The notes under the pieces are model-generated. The model made no database searches. It was not told the origin of the DNA and saw only the letters and a list, made by a program, of their open reading frames with translations. From NCBI RefSeq assembly GCF_964204865.1, contig NC_135252.1, forward strand, positions 17,794,001 to 17,858,000: DNA of 64,000 nt, read 5' to 3'. This DNA is from Styela clava (lineage: Eukaryota). Of the stretch, positions 1 through 22,492 are shown one piece after another. The translations under genes and the position numbers were made by a program. Numbering within the stretch: position 1 is the first letter of the stretch; every line of letters begins with the position of its first letter.

Positions 1-3000
1 TAAAACCTAATATCCTCGAAAAATGTGTTTACTGTCTGATTGAGCTCGACCTATGAGGGCAACCACGGTGCCATGTGATACTCTGAGTCTTTTAACAGGG
101 TGTGTGGGAAAGTAAGATATTCTCTGTGTTAAAATTGTGTTTATGAATGATGTCATTAGATTTCTGTCGCGTGTAGACGTTCCCAGGATTATGATGATTG
201 AAAAAATATCGTTGCAATTTTAAGATTTTTTTTCTATATAGACAGGGGTCATTGATATGCATTTCCGACATAACTTATTTTGGAACGAGTCTGCCAAAAT
301 TGTACAAACTAGATACGGAATATTATAATAGAAGTTAAACTATTTGAAATACAATTACTTATAATCGCAGAAATAGAAATACGTTTATTAGAATTGACCG
401 TTAATTAGGAGAGCTCACAGGATAGGTTCTTGTGTGGCTCATGCCTCGTCTAAGGTATTTTGTAATTGGCATTCGAGTTAACTTATATAACTTTATAACA
501 GAAGTTAGGAGAAAAGGATCTGTGTGTTAGATATATTTCAATTGCTGCAAGTAGTTTCACAAAATAGCGTCTCGGGTGAACCGCCTTAGCTCTGTTATGG
601 ACAAACTATATTGCAAATTACTTTGCAATGATGATTTTCCATAAGTTATGGGCGAACAACACTTTACCTGGAATAATATTAACTATTTGAGAAAAACAAT
701 TCAGTCGCGATTTATCGGAAATTTAACAGACAACATGTTACAATATTTGTAATATAATATACCTCGTTCGTTTCTAACAACACGCTGGGTTAAGTCACAC
801 GGGAAAAAGTGATTTTTTAATTATTTGTCGAGTTTAATAGCTTAAGTTTGCGACAAAAGTTAATAATTCGGAATCGCCGACTTTTAATAAACAAAAAAAT
901 AATCTATGTTTAGCTTCCCCAAAATAAGGTTTCTTGTTACAGAAAGAAACAAACAAGAGTACCGAGGAATTTAATATTTTTCGTGGCGTCGAAATGAAAA
1001 TTTTAATCGTTAAACGACGGTTTAAAAATCTAGTAAATTTACTTGAATAGATCTATAATTGTATCATTAAAATTGTGTGCTAAGAGAGTTTAAAATCATA
1101 TACCGATCAATGATGATACGGAATTAAATCGAGACTTGTAATTATGGCTGATGTTTGACTGAGCAAGACAAAAAAGTTGTTTGAATTACGCATATTTTCA
1201 ATAAAATTTTCGCGTTTTTGTAAAAGCATAGCGGTATGTGTAATTTTTAGAAAGCATGTTAAGATCAAGGGCGTAACATTGCAGGTTTATGTGAGAGTGT
1301 TACAGTGTTTTTGAATCGAACCGTACAAAATATGATCCGAATGTCAGACCGCAGATGTCTTCATTTTCGCGAGGCCCCACACCGCACTTACCTGGAATCG
1401 TAACGTATCCTAGATCACTTGCTAAGTGTTGGCACATAGCCCTGAGAATTGTATTTTTAATATTGGATACTTTGAAATAAAAAATGTTTAGTATTTTACA
1501 GTTAATTGAAAAGATGTTCAAGGATACTTGATGCTCGTAAAATGATATGGTTTTTAATTGTACAAAAAAGAGCATGTTTAATTCATAACAATATTAAATT
1601 TTTGTATAATCAAATGCTAGAACGTTAGTATGTTCCACATGGGTCAAGGATTACAGAAGTTTTGTAAACACATTCTATCTTTGGCACAATTTGTACCTTT
1701 GTTTGTGGAAAAGATTAATTTTTCCCCGCTAGGAATGTGGTTTATGCGCCGCGGAAACCTCGTCCTAAACCTTCGTGTTTATGCTCAACAAGCTTGGGCA
1801 TCACGGGTCGCGAACATGTTGCCACTGGGAATCGATTTCCTTGACCTTGAAAGACTAAATGTGGGAAAATAAGTCATAACAAGGAATTTGATGTGAATTA
1901 TCGACTTCATAACATTTTATTTGGACAAATAGTTTTTGTGAAAAAAATATTGGTATTTCGATACTAAGGTGAATAGATAGGTTATGAATTTTAAAAATGA
2001 AATTTAAACTTCGTTTTGAAAGATAGTTTAATGCCCTGATGATCGCGACTGGTAACAACTGAAGCAGAAGACTGGGTGTCACCTTGGTATGCGATCTCAG
2101 TGTGCCTTTGTGTGCTCTCAGTGATTTTAGATATAGAGTTTGGAAATGAATTATATGAGAATGTCTGTATTAGATTAAACGCTGCACAATTTTCTTTCGC
2201 TTTTGGCAAATTAACATGAAGTGCAGGACAAGGGTGTATGATGAATCAGATTGTATCAACGGACATTTCCGGGATGATGAATCTTTGTATCCTTTCTTTG
2301 GTAAAAGAAAGTTTTGGCCTAATTACGATGACGGGTGATTGATGACTTTTAAATAGAAATTAGTAATAACGGTAAAGTAGATTCAAATCACGTGGAATAT
2401 AATCAGTAAATAGTGTATTTGATAACTTTTCAATCAATGCTTGAAATATTCAAGCCGTGAAAACAGTACATTTTTGTCCAATATATATAAAAAGTTGGCG
2501 AGATTAAATTAAAAAATTGTGAGATATCAGGAACTCAAAATCCTAGAGTAAAATTTCAGAATCAGTTTACATCGAATTCTTGAATTTTATATTTAAGCCC
2601 AAATTTGTAATATTTTACAAGTGAGTCTCTGCACAATTATATAGGATAAAATTTCTGCCGCATTCAAGCAAATTTAGCTTGATTGACGCTCAGCGTGAAT
2701 CCCGACAGTTTTATATTGTTTTGATAGCATGAATCAACAAACATCACTAAATACTTAATCCCTTAACAATGCAACCGGGCAAGATGCAAAAAAGTTATTA
2801 CTATTGGTAAATCATACATTCCTTCTTTATTTATTATCATAATATAAATTAGATTCCCACCATCTTGTCACTCTCTTTCGCATTCAACTAGGGCCGGGCC
2901 GGAAACTAGCCAACGGAAAGAAAAATATATAAAACAATGCCTTTGAATTATGACGTAATTTCATTGTTACATCGACATGTCTTGACATCGTCGGATTCTT

Positions 3001-6000
3001 TTTGTTGAGTGGCATTCTCTCTCATTGTTGTTTGGTTATAACTAGTCAGGTATGAAACAGATATGATATTTTTTACTAAACTAAAATCAAACTTGATGAG
3101 AAAAATACGCTCGTGTAAGAATTTTCACATAGACTATCGATTACAGAATTTTGTCTAGTCTTAGAATAGATTTGAGATATATTCGTGGCGACTTCGTAAG
3201 AATAATGCAGATTTTACAGACGCTGACTGAGGTAGGGGGGTAAAAAGTTTGATCCAATTAATCGCTTGTAAGAGAGTATATTGAATTCTCGTATATATTA
3301 GTTTAGTGATCATGTCCATACATGAAAAAAAGATAATTCTCACTCAATATGTAAAGTTCGTAGTGATGCTGAAATTGTTACAAGTTTAGATTGAAATAGA
3401 ACAAGCACGGGTATATTGAACAGCTGGCACTATCAATTATTATTAAGTATTATTTTGTCATCAGAATTCGTTAAGGATAGAAATTGAAACGAATTCAATA
3501 AAATGGATTTTTTTCGATAGATTGGAGATTTTTCACGGAATTATTGGTTGTAAATATTCATCTTATGCACGTCAGAATTGATAATTTTTTTAGCATCTAA
3601 TAAAAGGAAATTTGAACTCAATGAAAATTTACGCGGGCGACATATATTACAAACGATTTATATAAAAATCGTGCTTCGTCAAAAAACACTTCAAATCCAA
3701 ATTCAAAACAAAATGGCGTCGTGAATGTGGTATCAAAAAATTGCATTAATTGTTTTGATCGAATCTTAGGATTATGTTTTGTATTTCTTTGATGTTGCAT
3801 ACATGTTAGACTTATGCTTCTGTAAAATGTTAAATATACTCTATGATTTATGCTTAGGACACAAAATCTAATTGCGTCCACAATGTATTGAAAATAAACG
3901 GTTTGGGTGAGATTCGAATTCCCCACTATTACGTGTAAATTTGGATCAATAGCCTTAACCAGCAAAAATAGACTTGGCTATCTTTGGAGTTTCTTTGGTG
4001 ACTGCATAAGTTGCTCGTTTTTTTAATTCGTATAATTCATTTGCTGGCGAGGGAAAATTAGGTAATTGTCAACGGTGTTTCATTTCCTCTCCTTTACGGC
4101 GCGATATCAAATCTATCTTAAATATAAAAATTTTATAATAAACGTGTTACACCGGGCCTGCTATATAAAAACTTGATTTAATGGAGTATTAAGTAAGAAG
4201 CAATATTGTAAAGTGGTTTGAAAACTTTTGAACGACGGGAAATGCGTGCGAGATGCAGGTATACGGCAAGCGGAAATTGTATAGTATGTTAATTGAAATA
4301 GTAAAAGACATAATTATCGGAATTGTTTATTAAGTTTATTAAAGTGAAAACTACGGTTAATAAGTTGGAACTGTAAACGCAACGGTAAGCTTCCTTCCTG
4401 CAACGGTGTCGTTAAAAGTTTGATCGTAGGTAGAATATATATATTATATTGTTGGCACATTTTAATAATATTTTTATATAATTAAAAATGGTGATTTTTG
4501 GAAAAAGCTGTTCGAAAATGAAGTGTATTTTTAATAACATTTTAGGGTATATGAAACCATATCTCGCGTTCGATGTCAACCAAGTGTGATGGCAGATCGG
4601 GTGTTCCGCCGAAGCGCGATTTATACATCACTCACACTTGGTCGTAAATTAATCTAGTAGTGATGTCTAGATCGCAGTAAAATTACTGCGTTTTTTCTAT
4701 TAAGGCAAGATGGCGACAATTCATCTTGCTAAAGTTACTCGTTCGCAGTTAGGACACGCGCGGAAATCGTTGCCACAGAAATTAATTTATTACTTCGACT
4801 GGTTGTCGTCAAATCCCGATCATTCTCATTGAAGTATAGAAATTAGACGTTAATCATCACGATGAAATGAAAGCACAGTGGTTTGTGTTACAACACTCTG
4901 ATTATCTTTCCCCAGTGCGTGCCTGTAGTCCAGGAAACATTTAATAAATTGCATTCTAGTGATATATTAGTGTTTGATGTATAAACGGCCGGGTTTGTAT
5001 TACTGAGAAATTTTAATCGGTTAAATATGTTTTGTGCTTAGTTGATATTTAATTTTGTTTATTACGGGAAAGTAGTTAATCACATGAGGTTGCGTGACCT
5101 TTCCTTTGCAAACACAATTTCGGGAAGATTTGAACCAAATGTTTAACAACCTAATGATAGAATAACGAAAGAAACGTTATATTTTCTTAGCAAAGCAGAG
5201 AACGTGACTCGGATATGCGGGTATAACGTCCAGTAGTGTTAATTTCAAATTACATATAATTCAAAATCCATATTAAATTTATACCCATAGAATCATACAT
5301 AGTTTCAAATTTGTGACTTCGTGAAATATAATATATTCATGCCAATTAGACTCGCTTCCTTTTTGTGCCGCATTAGGACACATATATTTCAAGATTAAAT
5401 CGAGGCTATTTTTCATTTAATTTACTAGGTTGACCTGTTGTAATAGTATCACAGAGAATGGAGTGCGTTTATGGCATAATGTTCAATCTGAATGATTAAT
5501 TAAAGATAACTTTTGTGGAAACTTTCAGTATCGTCACCAAGCGCAGTCTGGTAAATTCAGATTGTCGCCGTCTATTCACGCATTTCGCTATAAACACGGC
5601 ATGTATAACGAGCCACTGCCGACATTACATACGAAATTCATCACACTATGGATGAGATGGGAGAATGTTATTTGAGATGTGTAATTTGCGACGCCAACAA
5701 AATTAGGTATAACACATTGACCGCCAGGCCATCGGAGTCGCCCGAAAGGAAGCATCGAATACAAAATAAACCAGTTTTACTTCAAATGCAATTTAACGTA
5801 ATTTTCGCTTCAGTAAATCAGGAAAACGGTGCATTGTAAAATTGTTAATTTTTATTAATATGCTCCAATTAAATTCTTGAGGGACGTAAGCCTCGTCGCG
5901 ATCGCCCTTGAGGTTGTGATACTGGATGATTTGATTTAAAAGCTGTATTTAGATACGTGTCAAATTTCTAAATTAGAATGATACGACCGTAAGGTATAAA

Positions 6001-7106
6001 GTTTTTCTTAATGCGGGGAGAAAAAGGTCAGGCAAAAGAGCAATGCAATTGCGGCATGTCTATAAATGATATGTGCATTTATGCTTGAATAAGTATGGTA
6101 TATATGGGGCACCTGTAATTTCATATAAAAAGTATCAAAAGATGCAATATGTTGTTTGTTATAAGTTTTTGAGTTTTCATTACATCGCGAAAAATGATCA
6201 GGTCAGATAATATGCATCATGTATTTGCCATGTTTGATAGATTATGATATTTTTCTTGTTGGGAAAGGAAGATCGAAATTATGATTTATGAACAAGAGGA
6301 TCGATTGACTGTAAAATGCAGGTTAAAATTACGCATGTTTTCAATTTTGTAGCATAAAATATTATCTCTCCTAATTAGAGGTTTAGAAAAACGAGAGAAC
6401 ATGGCGACAAAAATGATCCTATTGCAATATGGCTTGCTACATATCCGGAAAGGTTTAGGGAAGGTAAAAATGCGCGGCTTTATATTTCTTGTCATTGCTT
6501 TTCGCCGAAATCATTTGGAAAAGATCTGATAAGGTGCGTTTAGAATAAGAATTTCTAGTTTCGATTTGACAAGGAAAAATAATAAAAATTTGAAGACTTT
6601 GAAAGGGTAGCAAGTTGCATTATTGTTTGCAAATTTCCAAGTAAAAGATCGCAAAATGTAAATTATTGTGCGAAAATTGAGACCATCGTTACAAGATATA
6701 TCCTATGACTGGCAGGTTAGACACGTATAGCATGTTTTTGATTTTCAAAATAAAGTTAATGCTTCCGCACATCAATTCTGCAACAATTCAACAAATCTAC
6801 ATGTACGCGTAAAAACATTTAACCTCGTAACTACGCCTGTTCGAGAAATGTCATCCCGTAGCCTAAGCTCATGGTAGGAAAGACAAATTAGTAAATAATG
6901 TATGATGTGGATTTTATTAAATTTAGTGAGTATTTGACATCAGTATTTAGTTAGATGATAAATGAACAATCATATATTTTTATATAATTAGATCGATTCT
7001 TGACCATACATTATCAATCCAGAAAGAAATAAATCAAATTTATTTTTTGTAGATTTATAACAAATAAGCTGTTATAAAAGCTAATTTTAAAAGCGGTAAA
7101 AGTGCA

Positions 7107-14219
<7,113 letters not shown>

Positions 14220-16896
14220 TATATTATATATTGCCTTTCCACAAGATGTTGAATTATTTCATTTATATCGAAAACCTCATAGTGTATTATTATTATTATT
14301 GAGAACAATCAATTTTACTTGCTTGAATGTCCATATCAGCAATAATACCCGTTCGCATCTGCCAAAGTTAATTCAGGAATCATTTGCCATTTCTTACTTT
14401 TCTGTCATTGAATATGTTTGCCATGCTTATAACTTGCCAATGATAACGTGCCTTTTTGACATGTGTGATCATTTATCTATTTTATCCAATTTTAACGTTT
14501 TAGGCTTTATAAATAGTTTTTCTTCGCAATCATGTGTTTTTCGCAGGATCTTTCATTTTTTTCTTTGGTGTTGTGTCAAGATTTATGAATAAATTATACC
14601 AATGTAAGGTCTTTAGCTTTGAAGAGAAGAAAGATGCGGTTTTTTATATTTATATTCCAGTATAAGTAAAGACGATAAAACGCATATAGTTCTCTTCTTG
14701 CATAAAAATACCAGCTGAATCCATAACAAGTGGCTTCGTCAACTACCACTCGATGGCAGCTGAACGACTGTAAATATTTTCACACATAATCATCTCCCTT
14801 GGGATGCGACTAAATATGATGCGTTGGCGAGCATGTTCAAATGTCCAGAACTCTATGCGCCATCAGGCTTCAGGATTATTGCGAAATCAGTTTTATATAG
14901 GGTCAATGGAAACCATGCATCACGTTATAAAATTTAATAATATACGAATGAAAAAGAATCTTTATTTCTTCATTGATACTGTTGGACACAGTGCCCTAAC
15001 CCCCCTCCCTAACGTGAATATTGTGAATAAATTTAACAAACAGTCAAATATAATCGAGTTTAGAAAGTGAAAAAATAAAATCAAAGTGATGCTGTCCATC
15101 ATGAAACTGCAAGTTATCACGGTCACGAGTGTAGAGTCTTGCATGCCACAAACGTATGAAAAATCTTTAAAAAAGCACGTTGAAAGCAAATATACATATA
15201 TATATATATATACATCATGAGTGTATGAGCAAACAATGTTACGCATTGCGGCAGAATTGTTTTGATTCGTTCAGGTCTTATAAAATTCCTTGAAAGGATT
15301 TATTCAAACCCACTACAATCAAACATCTTTCACAGTATGCAAACATTTAGAACAGTGCACAGTTCGATGTCGTACATAGTAGATACACACGATACGCGAA
15401 GTTTACAGAAGATATTTTTCATATCGATGTTCGTGATAATATTCACTAGGTGGCGCGCGTTATTGTCTGACGAAGCGATTTCTCAGCGCGACCGTATTTC
15501 TTCAACCTAATCTCGTACCCAATTCCACTCTACTTGTAGTAAAGACTTCAAAATGTTGGGCTCATTCTTTACTTGAGTGATGTCTTATGTGGTACATTTG
15601 ACACAGCCAATGTTATGTAGCGTGCCCTGCAGATTTAAATATAAAACATGTGATCTCTGAATTCTGTTTGGGTATTATTTACTCTGTTTGAAATGCGAAT
15701 TGATAACGGGTGACCAAAATTTAACATCTCAAATGAAAGTTCAGAAAAATACAGCTGTTATATGTTTCACGGGTGCTTTTATACGGTCATCATTACCAAT
15801 GTAGCGTTAAACAGCCTATTTACATAGCTAGCTGAATTTTATTTCAGACGGCATTGGGTGCTTTTTATTCGTATGCCTATTACATCAGAGTTGCAGGGTT
15901 TGTATCATGGGCGTTACATTTTGAGATTCATCAGATACTTAAATTATGATACTAAAATAATTTTTCGACTTATTTACTTCCCCTCAAAATTTTGTTTTAT
16001 ATAACTAATTTATGACTGTTGCTATAATCCTAATTTGACAGTGTAAACAAATAAATTATGAGTGTCAATGTCCTTTAGCGGTCTTGTAAACTGACCTTCG
16101 CAAAACAATTATTAATCCAGTCAGAAGTCGTTTTTCAATTTTGTTTAAATGTACGTTAGTGTTGGCGCTGATCGTGAAAATAAAATCGCTCTTACCCTCG
16201 GCCTATGTACATTTATATAACTACCATGTCCCATAGTTACAGCTTCATTCGGGATAGGGTTTTGGGGAAATTGTGGGTAATAGTTTTCGATTTGGTTTTC
16301 GTGTCCATATATTTTAGCTCTGCTTTTTTTTTATATAATAATTGTAATAGACTGGAAGGCGGGCTCTTTTTTATTCTATGCGCATGCGGCTCTCAACAAC
16401 CCTTCCTGCGGCTCTAGTTAATACTTTAAAAATTAATCACTTTCAAAAAATTTTTTTTATTGAAAACTAATCATTGACTTTAACTTAAAATGCTGGAGTC
16501 TATTAGTTAGTCAAATGGATTCCCCCGTGTTTATTTGCGTAGCGTTGACTGGTCTACAAAATGCAATAGTGACGCAACAGTAAGCGTTTTTGCAGCCACT
16601 CGGACACTTTTTTACTTGTATTGGAAGGAATTTAGACACGGCTGTAATCACTGACTCGCTTTCGTGTATTTTTCAGTTTTCGTTGCATTTCCGAATATTA
16701 TGTATAAATCAAATAACTCAATGATTATTTTGACATTTGAGTGTTTTAATTTTGCTTTAGTAATCGAAAATAGAAATATCTGCCAGAAATATCTGCCGAT
16801 CATCTCAACCAGCTACTGCACCTTGCATCATCCACGATTACGACCCGCTTTGACAAACTTATTTGAAATCAGAGAAAAATTAAATGGCAGTTAGTC

Positions 16897-16985
16897 TAGG
16901 GGTGGAAAAAATCGAATATTTTTCGAATCGAATAATTTGAATATTCTTAACGAATACCGAATGGTCGAATAATGAATATTTTTAT
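16897..16985. mobile_element. Left-end fragment of a hAT-type element
   Basis: TAGGGGTGG terminus followed by repeated TCGAAT motifs, as in 34079-34452; no partner end seen. Confidence 0.45.
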
Positions 16986-19900
16986 ACACAACAAGGATCC
17001 AGAACGTCGGAGGTCGATACTCATTTTGGAAATTAATAGAAACATTGCGAAGTCGGCAATAAAGCGTTATTTTACTGGTTAATGGTTAATTTCATCATAA
17101 TCGCTGATTGTCTTTGACACCGCGATCGTTTCGGCGGCGATATCCTAAAGTTGGTAATCTATATTCCCACCCTTCCTCGTTTTTTACAAGTATAAGGGGT
17201 CGCCGGATATCGAAGTTTTATATTTCTAGTATATATACCCGTGCGTTCACATCAGTGACAGTTGTTGAGTACTAAATTCAAAGCCAAATTAATTTTATTC
17301 TGAGTTTTATCCTCTGCATTGGCTTCGATTTTACTTATCATCGCGTGTAAATTATCCGTGCCTGTTTAAAGTTGAACGGTTATCAAGATGCAGATATTCA
17401 TTAAAACGATAATTGAGTTTTTCATGCTTTTCAATGGTATCCGTGTTATTTTAGTATTAGATAGATAAACCTCGCAAATCTGCGATTGCTTGAATCCTGA
17501 TTTAAAATAGCGATTAAATAAATTGGCAAATAAATGCATTTCCAGGCCTTACTGAGTAATGCTCGATTGTGTTTACGGAATTTGCAAATTCAGCACTTCA
17601 CTTAATCAGCAAACCCGTTTTTGATTTTTGTTTTAGGGCGTTCGGTGACCGCAAATGAGACCCTGTACCATAGCCGGTGACTGGTGATATATTTGGCACT
17701 TCTCAAGTTATGTATTATAGCGTAGGCCTAAATCTTGTAATGTGCAACATACACACAGTAAGTTACATTTTCTAAAATGAGTATACCTGTTGTTAGTGAG
17801 TTCGATACAAAAGAGAACCCGTTGACTGAACAGATACAAAAAATACGAACGCGTATATATAATGGTTATTTCTTGTAAAATAATAAAATACGTCAGTAGC
17901 ACTAGTGATGCAAGACTCAAACATTTATAGAATAAATTCCAAACAACTTCATCAGACTTCTACTTTCATTACCAAAATGAAACTTGTCAAGTGAATAGAT
18001 GAGAACCGCACAAAAATAAATGTTTCAAACACTCAGATTTATCTTTGAAGTAATATGATCTACATTTGCTTTAACTGACGAAATACCCGTTTCTCATTAT
18101 TTTCATGATTCAGAAAGATTTGCAAACTCTGCAAAAATTAAATTAAATTCGTCAACGACAAAAATAAATCGAACCAAAATATGTTCCTACGTCATGTGTA
18201 CCAGGCATGCACATCTCGACATAAACTATTTATGCGATTTTAGCTGCGTCGCTAACACGTTAATATTGCTAAATACGGTACAGGTGTCGTGAGTGGTATA
18301 AAATAACTCAGGCGCGTGTTGTCGCGGCAAGATGAATCCACATAATTATGCAAATCTCATTTCTGCATTGGTGTCAAATGGTCACATTGCAGCTCAGAAA
18401 ATAAGAACATTTACGCGCTTTCCGCAATTTCAACCACTGTTCTTTCATGCCAAGTCAGCCCAATAGTGTTTCTAAGTTTGATCATAAAAATCAAGTATCT
18501 CACAACAATACGATTATTCATTCCCAATCTGTTTCGATGATTTTCTCCCTTTGTCAATTTGGAACTCATTATTCCTCCCTAAATATGCATGAAACTGTTT
18601 CATGAGGTCGTTAGCAAGTGTTATACTCTGACTATTGCACAGTTTGTATAGTTTATAACATGTCCATAAATATACAATACAATAATACTAAATAAATAAA
18701 CGATATTGGTAAAACTACACCATAATGCCCATATGTACAGTAATATGTCCTCCCGAAAATCAACAAAATTTATATAATATATGGAATCCGTGGAAAGAAT
18801 ACGAAGATAACTACTCGCCATCGGATAATTTTAAAATGGTCAATAAATGAAACGTTGGAAAATTGTAATTAGAAATGAATGCTCATTGTAAAAATAAAGA
18901 TTGGCAATATAAAGGCAATATCTCTACAACCCATATAAATCACGAGTGTATCATGAGAAATGACTTAATAGACAATGCTTCTTCGTTCCGTACAGCGATT
19001 CAATGGCATGTTAGCCGATCGAACAACTAATCGTGTTAATCACGTCACACCGTATGCATCATCCGCTCATATTCATACCTCGCGCACTTGTTAGCATGTG
19101 CGACGAGTTCGCATTAACAGTTCATGTTAGTCAGGTGCGACACCTCGACGTGATAATATACTAATAATATACACTTAATAATAGCAAGTAACGACAAATC
19201 ACTGTCGCTAATCTTTGTTTTGATACAACAAAACGCAAATTTTCTACTTTGCAATGAAAATATAAATTTACCGCAAATCTGATTCATTTCCCTCGAATTG
19301 CGACCGACTTCTACACAAATGACGAGATCTTATTCTTCACTTTCGCTTTTTGAAACAGCGTGTTAGTCACTATTGTGTCCAATGAAGTATAATTTGCATT
19401 TTGCCGATCTTGGTCACGCAAGGCCACCCTGCTTCACCCGCATATACTTACAGATTATCGATACATTTCTGACTGGACCTGATTTTGAAGGTATTTCGGA
19501 AACTCAAGTCTGTATACGACCCCTGTGTTTTATAGCTAACTGATTTCTATTTCAGATTTATTAGTTTACTTCTTTTGCACTTTTTAGCTTTTTCAAAATT
19601 TTCATCTGACTCGAAGGTGGTTCCACGTTACAATTGAACATGTTGTTCACACCGTGTCCGAGCACTCATAAAAAATTAAGAGAAGAATAATAGCAGCTAT
19701 CATGTATTCTAATAAGTTGTAATTTCACCAAAATAGCAAAATGTGTTTTTGATACCTTCACCCACTCTATCGAAGTTTTCAATCGTAAGCAGTCCAAAAT
19801 TAAATTTTGAGGGCAAGGAGCTTTCACATACTTAATCAAACTTGGGTGAGGTGTGATGAATAGAATTCAGTTTAAAATTTGCTTCAAAATCTACGAAAGC

Positions 19901-20330
19901 AAATTGTAATTCAGTTATCTTGACTTCTTGTTTGAAAATATTTAAGACCGAACATTAATGGCATGCCTGGCTTAAACTACTTGTATAAATTATCCAGAAT
20001 TAGCTACAAATGTTTCGGTTTAATTTTGTTTCCCAAAATAATGAACTAGAACCCGAATTAGTTTATAGGGGTGGAAGGTGGATAAACAAACTATCTCGAT
20101 TGTAAGCTATGTCGCGAGGTCAATAAACCTATCTGGCGTGGTTCATAAAACATCTAATTAGATTAAGCATATTTAACCTTGTGCCATGCTCGGTTGGAAC
20201 ACGCTGCGGTAAAAGCGAAAAAGAATAGTGTGCGATGTGATAAGTGCAGCTGTCAGGTCTCTCCTCCGACTTATACGAATACCCAGAGCATTAATGCAAT
20301 AATTTATCGCCATGGGAACGTAGGCTCGAA

Positions 20331-20462
20331 TGACGTCAAAGGGGAGAACACGAGATGCTTACATTGGTCAATCGCAAAGGAGAAAAACGCGAGCAAGAGT
20401 GCGTTCTCTCTCTATGTTATTAACTCGTACACGAGCGAATGAATAGCTTGTTCAACCAGAAG
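20331..20462 (+). promoter_or_regulatory. Putative Mef2 distal promoter and first non-coding exon
   Basis: Perfect CRE TGACGTCA at 20331-20338 and reverse CCAAT (ATTGG ~20363) in a CpG-rich context, followed by a strong donor AAG|GTAAGA at 20462/20463. TSS not determinable. Confidence 0.45.
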
Positions 20463-22293
20463 GTAAGATATTTTAGGAAGCGGCGTACTTTTGAGTCGAG
20501 TATTTTTAGTTTTCGGTTTGAACCTGTAGATCATCTATAATAGTATTTAGTAAACGTGAGATATATTAAGAACACCGTAACGGTAGCGAGGATTACTCCA
20601 TGCAATTTTTATCTTCCGACCTTCTGAATGATTAATGTTGTATACGAGACGATAAGAAAGAAAAAGTCGTCGTCAAGGTTACTTGCAATTTCACTTGGCG
20701 AATGCGTAAGAAGCAAAGTTTGTCTTAGTTTTCAGTTGATGAATATTATTTTAAACATGGACAGAAATCCAAATGGAATAATCACAGTATTGATAATATG
20801 CATGTAACTTCGCTTTACCTATTTGGGTGTTTACTATTGCTCCTTAATTAAATGTAAAAAGCCACGCATTTGCGATTAGAAAATCTGGCGAGCGATAACA
20901 TTAGAATTGAACAAAATAGATTGCCTATATAAATTGCAAACGTTTGACTGAATCAACCCTAAACCAAAAGTGTCACATATATTCTAACACAAGGTGCCGT
21001 CGAATCCTAATTCCTGACGGCATAACGACGGTCGTTCTAATAAATTGGACGCGGAAAAACACAACTGGCTAGTAAAGGCACTCTTTGTTATGAGGCTGTA
21101 CTTTAATCAATGTAGCGTACACTATTATAACCAATTGTCCAGGGCATGCACGTAGTCTATTGGTTTTCCAGTGAAGCATCTGTACGGTATAAAATATAGT
21201 ACATTTAACGATGCATGAATCGGTCAATTTTATCACTACTGAAGGCGGTAACTGTTGAATCTGATGTTGGTAGATCTCTACTCAACATATCGAATGGAGA
21301 CATGTTACTTAATGTCGAATTCGTCGATCAACCAGGTAACATGATTATTGGACTTGTCTTCGTCCAGCATATCTTCAAATGAATATATAAGATTTATGTA
21401 TATTCTAGTATCTGGCTGTTCAGCAGTTGGTATAAAGTATCATTGTCAAGCACGTTCAAATCCTATACTCCTTTACTTTTGTGAAAACAACCAAATATTT
21501 ACAAATTTTTATTATTTCCAGCATAAAATTTTTTATTTTTCAATAAATTAAGATCCCAATTAATTGGAAACCGCGGGTTATTACTCAACCGAGTGGCAGC
21601 TCATCAAATATATTACACATACATAGCACCGGTATTGTAGGAAAGCGCACAAGTCTAGCATAAGATATTTTTCGGCAACACGAAAGGGTGTGTGCGATAA
21701 AACATATTTAGCGACAGATATTGATTCAGTGCAGCAACAACATTGATACTAAGGAGGAAATTGCCGGGAACTTTGTTAGCTGATTACCATATTATGAATT
21801 TGGGCATTAACATTCTGCTTAAACATTTAAAGCCAAGTTACGCATATATCTATCGCACGTTGTCTCGCCATTTTTGTGCTAAAATAACATATTTTTATGC
21901 AATCACTTTCCATAACATTCGATTATCATACAAACCGTCATTAATTCATTGTAAGAAAAGATGGATTCTTTGTCGAATCGCACCACACAATTGTATTTCC
22001 TAAAAGCGAGATACGCCACGAAAAACATCGAGCGCTTCGCTGAAACTCTAACGTCATAAAAATCTATCACGCATGGCTGATCCTGTGTTGTTTTTGCATC
22101 AATGGTTTGACGTCATGGAACGTCGAGATATTCTTCCGCTGTGACTTTCATTTCGCCGTTTTTTAGGCCTCGTCTGGTCTGGAAATTACTTCGATGGAGT
22201 CCGTGTTCTAAATTTAGACGTTCAAATAAAAATAGTAGAATGACACGTGAGGGCTGTAAGCGTGTGAATTTTTTGTTTATCTTTTTTTAATAG

Positions 22294-22492
22294 GACGGCT
22301 GGAGTTAGGCAAATCCGTAATAATTGAAAGTGTAGTAGAATTGTTTTTTTTTCGCTGTGTTGTTTTGCTGTTCAGGAATTTGCCGAATTTCGTTGTGCAT
22401 AGAAAAATAGTAGATGGGCAAACTTGTTTGCTGTTCGCGTTAAGCTGGTATCCTGTCACCGGAAAAGAGACCTAGCCTTTTGTAAATCGCCC
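22294..22492 (+). other. Putative Mef2 non-coding 5' UTR exon
   Basis: Long T-tract acceptor ttttgtttatctttttttaatAG (22293) and donor CC|GTGAGT (22493). Contains a 9-codon uORF MGKLVCCSR* at 22414-22443. Confidence 0.45.

Noticed and set aside
2880-4390. TATA-like boxes (~2925, ~4162) and donors (3049, 4384) as BCL6 first exons
   Set aside because: Several equally plausible candidates; cannot choose without transcript data.
4673-4697. Hairpin CGCAGTAA-AA-TTACTGCG plus T-run resembling an intrinsic terminator
   Set aside because: Eukaryotic context, short stem, no associated gene.
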